A stretch of 7,343 bases of DNA from Prasinococcaceae sp. CCMP 1430. Taxonomy: Eukaryota; Plantae; Prasinodermophyta. Position 1 is the stretch's first letter; each line of letters starts with the position of its first letter. The stretch spans positions 752,330 through 759,672 of the forward strand of contig RQSC01000029.1 of the NCBI GenBank assembly GCA_013416795.1, given 5' to 3'. The translations under genes were made by a program, and so were the position numbers. The notes beneath the pieces are model-generated. The model searched no databases, was not told the DNA's origin, and saw only the letters and a program-made list of their open reading frames with translations. Shown piece by piece: positions 1-6,761 of this stretch.

Positions 1-1089
1 CCCGCGGCGCCCGTTCGTGCTGGCGCCTCGCCGCCGGCGCCGGCGCCGAGCACCGGCAGCACCGGCGGCGGCGAGGCCGCGAACGAGCTCAAGGCGCCTG
101 CCACGCCGAAGCTCTACGAGCCAGGATGGGCGGAGGGCGAAGAGCCGTGCGAGCTGCCGCGCTCCATCCACGACATCGACAACGGCGCCATCCTTGGGTA
201 CGGGGCCGATCTCGGCGAGGGGCACCCGGGCTTCCACGACGAGGCCTACAAGCAGCGGCGCGTGGCCATCTCGAAGCTCGCCAAGGCGCACGTGCCGGGC
301 ACGCCGTGCCCGCGCGTGGAGTACAGCGACGACGAGCTGGCCACGTGGACGGCCGTGTACGACCACCTCACCGCGCTCTACCCGACGCACGCGTGCGAGC
401 GCTTCAACGCCGCGTTCGGAAGGTTCGGATTCAAGCGCGACGAGGTGCCGCAGCTCGCCGACTGCGCTGATGTGATCTTCGAGCGGACCGGCTGGACCAT
501 CCGGCCCACCGCGGGCCTCCTGCACCCGCGCGACTTCCTCGCGGGCCTCGCGTTCAAGACCTTTCACAGCACGCAGTACGTGCGCCACGGGTCGAAGCCC
601 ATGTACACGCCGGAGCCCGACGTCGTGCACGAGATCCTCGGCCACGTGCCGATGCTCGCCGACCCGGAGTTCGCCTCGCTCATGCACGCCATCGGGGTGG
701 CCTCGCTGGGCGCTTCGAAGCGCGACCTGTGGCACCTCACCAAGGTGTACTGGTACACGGTCGAGTTCGGCCTCGTCCGCGAGGCCGACCGCAGCTTGAA
801 GGCCTTCGGCGCGGGGGTGCTGTCTTCGTATGGCGAGCTCGAGTACTCGCTCTCGAAGGAGCCCGAGATCCGCGAGCTGGACCCGTTCCTGGTCATGCCC
901 AAGATTGACTACTGCGGCGGCTTCCAGGACACCTACTTCTTCCTGAACTCCTTCGAGGAGGGTCGCGCTGCGCTCCTCGAGTTCGCGCAGTTCATGAAGC
1001 GGCCGGGCGTCCAGGAGGTGGAGCTGCCCGACGTGGCCGTCCACGGCACACAGCCCGACGACAGGGCCTACACGCCCCTCCCCACGTGA
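1..1089 (+). CDS. PAH: Phenylalanine 4-hydroxylase (pterin/folate-dependent aromatic amino acid hydroxylase), plant/algal type, 5'-partial
   Basis: Frame +1 is open from base 1 to TGA 1087-1089, so the listed 262 start is internal. It reads ...PRSIHDIDNGAILGYGADLGEGHPGFHDEAYKQRR..., GLLHPRDFLAGLAFKTFHSTQYVRH, PMYTPEPDVVHEILGHVPML, YWYTVEFGL and AFGAGVLSSYGE. The 2-His-1-Glu iron triad is at codons 628, 643 and 763. No intron is needed, and the N-terminal region is Ala/Pro/Ser/Gly-rich. Confidence 0.96.
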   Translation, partial: PAAPVRAGASPPAPAPSTGSTGGGEAANELKAPATPKLYEPGWAEGEEPCELPRSIHDIDNGAILGYGADLGEGHPGFHDEAYKQRRVAISKLAKAHVPGTPCPRVEYSDDELATWTAVYDHLTALYPTHACERFNAAFGRFGFKRDEVPQLADCADVIFERTGWTIRPTAGLLHPRDFLAGLAFKTFHSTQYVRHGSKPMYTPEPDVVHEILGHVPMLADPEFASLMHAIGVASLGASKRDLWHLTKVYWYTVEFGLVREADRSLKAFGAGVLSSYGELEYSLSKEPEIRELDPFLVMPKIDYCGGFQDTYFFLNSFEEGRAALLEFAQFMKRPGVQEVELPDVAVHGTQPDDRAYTPLPT

Positions 1090-1114
1090 GCGCCTCCGCC
1101 CTACTGTCCCCCCA

Positions 1115-1142
1115 CCCACACACCCACACACCCACACACCCA
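1115..1142 (+). repeat. (CCCACACA)x3.5 tandem repeat in the PAH 3' region
   Basis: Units at 1115, 1123 and 1131, plus a partial unit at 1139. Confidence 0.85.
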
Positions 1143-1334
1143 CGTTCAACCCTCCCAAGCGCATGGCTGGGACTGTAGACTACTGAATGGTACATTTAAC
1201 ATTCGTTTTTGCAAGACACGAGCGTCGCCCTCGCTCGAGCGGCTGCCGACAGCAGCTGCCAGCATGCCAGCAGCAATGTGGAGCCGTATGCCCACGTATG
1301 CTGTGACATGATGCATACTCTAAGGCGGAAAATA

Positions 1335-1357
1335 TAAACCCTATTACTAAACCTTAA
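1335..1357 (+). promoter_or_regulatory. Telo-box (AAACCCTA) plus degenerate copy (AAACCTTA) in an AT-rich island upstream of the carrier gene
   Basis: TAAACCCTA at 1335-1343 and TAAACCTTAA at 1348-1357, overlapping a TATAAA at 1333-1338. Confidence 0.5.
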
Positions 1358-1543
1358 TTCGGCCAAGTTTGTGGATAAGGTGCCGTGGCGCCCCGGCGGC
1401 TACGGGCCGCACGGGTGGCACACGCGTGCCCCCAGAGAGCGCGCGCGTGCCACCCGAGCGCGCGAGCGCGTGGGCGAGCGCCCGCGCGCGCGGCGAGGAG
1501 GCGCGGCGATGGGAACCCCCAGGGGCCGAGCCCGTCGACGGTG

Positions 1544-2482
1544 ATGGCCCCAACGCTGCGCCGTGAGGCGTCGGCGGCAGCTCTCGCCGCGCACGCCCGT
1601 GCTCGAGCTCGCGCGCGGCGCCGTCGCCGGCAGCGGCGGCGGCCTGCTCGGCGTCGCGAGCGGCCTGTGGCAACCTGGCCTGCTCGCCACCTGGATGCGC
1701 GGGATGAGCTACACGGGCTTCCGCATCGGGCTGTACCCGACGGTGCGCGATGGCGTGGCACCGCTGTTCGGCGGCGACGAGGCGCTCGCGGCGCGCGTCG
1801 CCGCGGGCGCGGCAACTGGCGCCATCGGCTCGGTCGCGTTCAATCCCATCGACGTCGTACGCATACGCATGCAGGCGCCCGCGCCGCTGCCATCAACGCT
1901 AGGCGCCTTCGGCCACATCGCGCGGGAGGCGGGTGGGGTTGGGTGAGTGCGCGCGGCGCGAGCATTCGTGTGCGCGCGCACGCGCGCGCGCGACGGCCAG
2001 CTACCAGGCGCCACCGCCGAGCGTGCACGCTGACCCTTTTTGCCTCGTTGCCGCGGCGCCGGCGTCTGTGCAGGGTGGGACTGTGGCGCGGCTGGCACGC
2101 GAGCGCGGGCCGCGCGGCCGCGCTGTCTGGCGCGCAGCTGGCCACCTACGACACCGCCAAGCGCTGGATGCTCGCGCACGGCGTGCTGGTGGACGCGCGC
2201 GGCGCGGAGACGCCGCTGCTCCACTCGGCCGCCAGCCTCGCCAGCGGCTTCGTGGCACAGACGGTGGCGATGCCGCTGGACACCCTCAAGGCGGTCCTCA
2301 TGGCCGACGCGAGCGGCCGGCCCGCGCTCGACGTGGTTCGCAGCGCGCTGGTGCGCGGGGGCGGCGCGCGCGCGCTCTTCCGCGGCTACGTGCCCGCGCT
2401 CGCGCGGCAGGGGCCCGTCATGCTCGTGCAGATGCCGCTGGTGGAGCAGGGGCGCGCCCTCCTGGGCCTCGGCTACTTCTGA
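1544..2482 (+). CDS. Mitochondrial carrier family (SLC25) protein, UCP/dicarboxylate/oxoglutarate-carrier-like; exons about 1544-1942 and 2074-2482; 5' end frameshifted or incomplete
   Basis: Splicing 1942/2074 joins ...GLWQPGLLATWMRGMSYTGFRIGLYPTVRD...NPIDVVRIRMQ...REAGGVG|VGLWRGWHASAGRAAALSGAQLATYDTAKRW...MPLDTLKAVLM...LFRGYVPALARQGP. Two Px[DE]xx[KR] signatures and three GL[WFY]xG-type motifs are visible. ATG 1544 (MAPTLRREASAAALAA) is in a different frame from the rest of exon 1, and the repeat-1 signature is absent. Confidence 0.88.
   Translation: MAPTLRREASAAALAAHARARARARRRRRQRRRPARRRERPVATWPARHLDARDELHGLPHRAVPDGARWRGTAVRRRRGARGARRRGRGNWRHRLGRVQSHRRRTHTHAGARAAAINARRLRPHRAGGGWGWVSARGASIRVRAHARARRPATRRHRRACTLTLFASLPRRRRLCRVGLWRGWHASAGRAAALSGAQLATYDTAKRWMLAHGVLVDARGAETPLLHSAASLASGFVAQTVAMPLDTLKAVLMADASGRPALDVVRSALVRGGGARALFRGYVPALARQGPVMLVQMPLVEQGRALLGLGYF
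1943..2073 (+). other. Spliceosomal intron (131 nt, phase 2) in the carrier gene
   Basis: GTGAGT donor at 1943, CGCTGAC branch motif at 2028-2034, pyrimidine tract, TGCAG acceptor ending at 2073. Removal joins the two carrier-homologous frames. Confidence 0.92.
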
Positions 2483-2553
2483 GCGCGGCGCTCGGAGAGA
2501 GAGGCTGCCCTCGGGGAGGAGGCCTCGCGCTGGCGATACCAATAGCGCAATCC

Positions 2554-2572
2554 TTGAATTGAATTGAATTGA
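2554..2572 (+). repeat. (TTGAA)x3.8 microsatellite
   Basis: TTGAATTGAATTGAATTGA downstream of the carrier stop. Confidence 0.85.
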
Positions 2573-2669
2573 TATCGATGCGCTACGAGTTCGTGCGCGT
2601 GCGCGTGCGCATGCTCGTGCGTGCGGCGGTGCGCCACGTCGTGCACGAGAGAGGGCGGTGGTGCGTGAG

Positions 2670-2689
2670 AGACAGACAGACAGACAGAC
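2670..2689 (+). repeat. (AGAC)x5 microsatellite
   Basis: AGACAGACAGACAGACAGAC upstream of the AP endonuclease gene. Confidence 0.9.
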
Positions 2690-2761
2690 GGAGGCGGCGG
2701 CGTCACTGCGCGCGCGCGCGGCGCGCCGGGGCCGGCGGCCGGCACGGCGAGCAGGCTGGCG

Positions 2762-4223
2762 ATGAAGCTCGGGTCCGACAGCGTGACGAGGGACTTGCAG
2801 GGGGGGCGACGAGGGCGCCGGCGGCGGCAGTGGGGGGCGCGGGGAAGGAGGGGGCCGCGCGCCGCGGCGCCTCGCGACGTGGAACGCGAATGGTCTCGGC
2901 GCGCGAGCGCGCAGCGCGGCGGACTGCGCTGCGTTGGAGGCGTTCGTGCGCGACTTTGAGCCCGACGTGCTCGCGGTGCAGGAGGTCTGGATGCGCCGCG
3001 ACGGCTCCGCCGCGGGGCGTCTCGCGAGGTATGCCCCGCCAGCGCTCTCCTCTCCACTCCCAACTCCTCGCGAAGGCGCGCTCAGCATGAATACTCCACA
3101 ATGACGACGCGCATGTATACAGCGCTGACAAGGGCGCGCGCTGGCTCGCAGCGCCGACGCGCGCGACCGCGCCGATGGCGACGCGTGGCGCTCGCTGCTA
3201 CGCCGGCCCGCGCTGCGAGGCTACGCGTGCTACTACGCGCTCGCAGACAAGCGAAAGGCGGGCTCGCTGGCGCTGGTGAGGGAAGAGTGCAGGCCGGACG
3301 CGGTGCGAAGGGCGCTGCGCGACGGTGACCCCGCCGAGCAGGAGGGCCGCGTGCTCGTGCTGCGATGGCGCGAGCGAGAGGGCGAGCCAGCGCTCGAGCT
3401 CCTATGCACATACAGCCAGAACAGCGGGTGGGGGGACGCGGGGCGGGAGAAGCGGCGCGCGTGGGACGCGCAGGTGGGTGACTTCCTCGATGCGCGTGCA
3501 CGTGAGGTGCCAGCCGCGCCGCCGCTCATCTGGTGCGGCGACCTGAACTGCGCGGTCACCGACGCGGACGTGAGCGACCCGACCTTCTTCGCGTCGCAGA
3601 CGGGCGGCCGCGGCGCCGAGGTGGCGGCCGACCCGCGCGACCGCGGCCAGCCGGGCTTCATCCCGAACGAGCGTGCGCGGTTCGAGGACCTGCTGCGCCG
3701 CGGCGGCCTCTCGTGTGCTTACCGCCACGTGCACGGGCCGTGCGCGCGCCACGCCTCGTGGATGGGCCACGAGGGCGTCCACATGGTCGGCCGCTACCGG
3801 GGGAAGTGGATGCGATTGGTGTGTGCGCGCGCGCAGCATGCGTAGGCACGCGCGCACGCCCATGCTCGCGGTGCTTCTGCCTCGCTGACAACCCGTGCCC
3901 TCTGTCTCCTTGCCGCTCCTCAGGACTACTTCCTGCTCCAGGAGCAGCTGCTGCGCCGCGTGCGCGCCGACGGGACGGGCATCCTCTCGCAGAGATTTGC
4001 GGAGGCCGAGCTCGTGCAACGCGACACGCGCTGCTTCCTGGGCTCCGATCACTGCCCGGTGACGCTCGTGCTGGAGGCCGCCGGCGGCGGTGAGCGAGCC
4101 CCCGAGCCGCCCGCGGCCAACGCTGCCACCGCCGACTACGACGACGATGACTACGCCACAGACGACTACGACGGCGCCGGCGCGCTGGACGATGACGGAG
4201 CGGCGGATAGGCCGTGGCACTGA
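2762..4223 (+). CDS. APE1L: AP endonuclease / exonuclease III (EEP) family, APE1L-like; exons about 2762-3028, 3152-3818 and 3924-4223
   Basis: The spliced product has LATWNANGL (about 2871-2897), PDVLAVQEV, EGRVLVL, TYSQNSGW, RRAWD, LIWCGDLN, QPGFIPNERARF, GRYRGKWMRL|DYFL and GSDHCPVTL. All core catalytic residues are present. The NxGW, QPGFxPxER and GxYRGKxMRxDYF motifs match my recollection of plant APE1L. ATG 2762 is out of frame with exon 1 across a G7 run at 2800-2806, so the start is uncertain. Confidence 0.9.
3029..3151 (+). other. Spliceosomal intron (123 nt, phase 2) in the AP endonuclease gene
   Basis: AG|GTATGC donor, in-frame TGA at 3102, CGCTGAC at 3123-3129, GCAG acceptor ending at 3151. 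Confidence 0.85.
3819..3923 (+). other. Spliceosomal intron (105 nt, phase 0) in the AP endonuclease gene
   Basis: GTGTGT donor, in-frame TAG at 3843, CGCTGAC at 3883-3889, pyrimidine tract, CAG acceptor ending at 3923. Removal restores the conserved MRL|DYF motif. Confidence 0.93.
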
Positions 4224-4326
4224 TCGCCGCGGCCTCGTCCGCGTCGGCGGCGGCAGCGACAGCGGCGGAGGTGGCGGCGCGCGCGCGCGCGCCTCTCCCC
4301 CTCCGTGGACCCACGCGACCGTGTCT

Positions 4327-4331
4327 TGTAA
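4327..4331 (+). terminator. Candidate TGTAA polyadenylation signal for the AP endonuclease gene
   Basis: TGTAA lies about 100 nt after stop 4223, in the 156-bp gap between the convergent genes. UGUAA is the known chlorophyte poly(A) signal. This is a single short motif only. Confidence 0.35.
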
Positions 4332-4379
4332 TGAATGCCTATCCTGCGCAGTCGTGCACGCTACTCATCCGCACGCCCC

Positions 4380-5718
4380 TCACACGACCGCCTCTCGTCG
4401 CTCTTGCATACTGTAGCCAACAGGGAAGGTGGCGTGCTCGATGAGCGCGTCGACGCCGCCGCGCGCGAAGACGTCGCGCGCGACCTGCGCGGGGTTCTTG
4501 CCGTCGCGCGCGCGGCCGCGCAGTGGCGCTAGGTGGTCCTCCTCGCCAAGCCCGCGCGCGCGGAGCGCACCGTCGCACGCCGCCAGCACGTCGTCGATGA
4601 GCCCCGGGGCGGGCTCGCGCGCCGCGAGGCCGTCCCGCGCCGCGCGCGCATGCCACTCGCTGCACGCCGCCCACGCGGCGTCCATCCTGCCGCTGAAATG
4701 CGCCAGCACCGCCTCGCGGCACTCGCGCCAGCCGCCAACGAGGCCGAGCGCCAGCGCGGGCGTGGCGTGCCGCTCGGTGACCGGTTGCTGGCAGGCGGCA
4801 CGCACCTCCACGGTGCCGTGGAGCGGGCGCGGGCGTGCCGAGTGCCACACGTAGTGCTCGTGTTTCTCGAAGAACTCCCTGGCCTCGTCGATGACGCCCG
4901 CGGGCGCGCCGGTCGCCTCGTCTGCGACGACGCCGCCCATACCGTACAGGCGCTCGAGCCACTCGCAGCCGCTGCCACCGCTCAGGGGGTGGTTGGCGGG
5001 GTCGATTAGCGTGCGATGCATCAACAGCGACTCGACGTGAGACACGAAGTCGCGCGCGGGCGCGTGGGGCATTCCGTGGCGCGCGCGCGCCGCCGTACGC
5101 GCGCCGCCATCGCGGCCGCGGCACGTGACGGTGTCCATGCCTGTGGCGCGCATGATGCTCTCGCGCCCGCTGCACACGCCCAGGTCCACGCCGCCGCTCA
5201 CCGGCGAATTGGCAGTCAGCGCGACGACCAGCGGTGCGAGCAGGTTGACAGTGTCGCTCGCCTCGATTGCCTCGTCGCGGGTGACACTCACGTGGCACTG
5301 GTCAGCGGCGGTGGTCGTGAATGCCAGCCATGGCGGGCCGAGCACCTGGTGGAGGGCGAGGTAGCGCGGTTTGGGCGTGAGTAGCGCCGGTGTGGCCCCC
5401 ATTCGCGGCTGGATGCCATAGCCGAGCACGTCGACGCCCTCGCTTGCGGCCGCGGTGGTGACGTGCGCGAGCGCGTCCTCGTAAATTGACGCGAGCTCGT
5501 GGAGGTCGTTCGCGGGGCGCGTCACGATCTCGATGGTCCCACGTCCCACCTCGGAGACGACCTCGTAGTCCTCGCAGGCGAGGCCCACCACGAGCTCGCC
5601 CTGCCGCTTGGTCGTCATGCGCGCGGGCGCCGCGGCTCGGAGGGCCTCCCACAGCTCCGCCGTGTCCGCCGCGCCGCCCGTGCTGGCGCGCACGAGCGGC
5701 AGCTCCGCCTCGCGCCCG
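4380..5718 (-). CDS. Glutamate-cysteine ligase family 2 (GCS2 / carboxylate-amine ligase), divergent; start codon unresolved because of the N at 5719
   Basis: Uninterrupted minus ORF of about 445 codons with GCS2 motifs in order: GREAELPLV (ExE), SEVGRGTIEI, LGYGIQP, TPKPRY, TTTAADQCHV, ALTANSP, GRESI and WHSARPRPLHGTVEVR. Stop TGA at 4382-4380. Confidence 0.88.
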
Positions 5719-5787
5719 NCGCGCGCGGCGGCGCCACAGCGCGGCGCACCCACCGCCCCGCCGCGCGGCGCGCTCTTTCTGCGTCTC

Positions 5788-5865
5788 GGAATCCACGCAA
5801 CGTCAAATCACATCAAATGTACCCCAAATCCCGCAGATGGATACCGCTATACAATCGTGGATTCC
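5788..5865. repeat. 10-bp perfect inverted repeat with 58-bp spacer
   Basis: GGAATCCACG (5788-5797) and CGTGGATTCC (5856-5865). Confidence 0.8.
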
Positions 5866-6260
5866 ACACTCTCCATGGAACCTTCGTCGCGCCGTCAGGC
5901 TGTCAGCGCTGCCAGATGCCTCGCGGCATATTCCTCCCCGCGCGCGCGGCGTGCCCGAATTTTTGTGTCCCAAATCACTTTCCCGTTTTTCCTAATTGTA
6001 TTAGGTTTTGATGTGGAATCTGTGAAGCGACGGAGTTGAAATGGCGCGGGGCCGTGCCCCCGCGGCGAAGGGGCGCGCCGGGCCGCGAACGAACGAGTGA
6101 TCGTTTGGGTCACGGCGCGGCCGCGGGACGAGGTCGGTATGGGGTTTGGGAGAAGGGTTTCGGGCGAGCGTTTCCGGCGGAGCGCGCCCGAGGCTCCTCG
6201 CGGGCGCCGCCGCGGGAGACTTTGATGGTGCTATTTCAATGAACGGCGCGCGAGGGCGCG

Positions 6261-6581
6261 CTAGTGCGACCGACCGGCCGCCACCTTGTCTGCGCTGCGC
6301 TTGTGCGCCATCGAGAGCGAGCTCGCGAGCGCCTCCAAGGTGGCGATCTGAGCCTCCGTGGCGCTGCCCGGTGCCGTCTGCATGACCTCATGCGTGACGT
6401 CGGCACCGAAGCTGGCCAGGTCGGCTTTCGTCCCCGCGTCCAAAGAGTTCTGCGCAGGTACAACCCACGCATGCCGCCGAAGCCCGTGAAGTGGCACTCA
6501 CCAGCGCGGACCCAAGGCGTGTTGATCAACACGCTGAAGAGGAAGCGCGAGAGGTATCGCAAGTACAAGATGATCCGGTAG
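6261..6581. other. Unassigned coding-like region (possible exons of a small gene; strand unresolved)
   Basis: The minus frame 6449-6261 (NSLDAGTKADLASFGADVTHEVMQ...) and the plus frame 6459-6581 (YNPRMPPKPVKWHS...LKRKRERYRKYKMIR) both have mostly G/C-ending codons and nearby splice-like signals. I recognise no family in either. Confidence 0.3.
6517..6534. repeat. 18-bp perfect palindrome
   Basis: GCGTGTTGATCAACACGC equals its own reverse complement. Confidence 0.9.
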
Positions 6582-6761
6582 TCTACTGGACTGACAGCGT
6601 CTTCAAGATGACACGGCGCCTTGGCCGAACACCGCGGTGGCCAAACGCTGCGGGCGCCGCGGCGTCCAAGGGGGGGAGAGGGCGGCGCGGGGCGACGGTG
6701 GCGAGCGCAACGCGTGTCGATGGACGCCATTCGACGACCATCCCCAACCGGCACAGCGCTT

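Noticed and set aside
1100-1330. CRISPR array or structured RNA gene in intergenic repeats
   Set aside because: Only short microsatellite-type repeats; no repeat-spacer periodicity and no tRNA or rRNA features.
1563-1580. 18-nt GT-AG mini-intron in the carrier 5' region
   Set aside because: Its length is a multiple of three, so it does not fix the frameshift, and it has no branch motif.
1385-2482. 365-aa ORF as one continuous protein
   Set aside because: Only 2075-2482 (and perhaps 1544-1590) looks real. The rest is off-frame exon 1 and intron read-through.
1709-3088. 459-aa minus-strand ORF and the many other Arg/Ala/Pro-rich ORFs
   Set aside because: These are shadow ORFs caused by high GC and stop-codon scarcity. 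They overlap well-supported genes and have no motifs.
5070-5150. Intron inside the GCS2 gene at the low-complexity RGRDGGARTAARAR segment
   Set aside because: The frame stays open and there is no CGCTGAC branch or pyrimidine tract on the minus strand. It is more simply a loop insertion.
1-5718. PAH, carrier, APE1L and GCS2 as a functional gene cluster
   Set aside because: No shared pathway is demonstrable, and the products likely act in different compartments. Adjacency is expected in a compact algal genome. Conserved synteny or co-expression would be needed.
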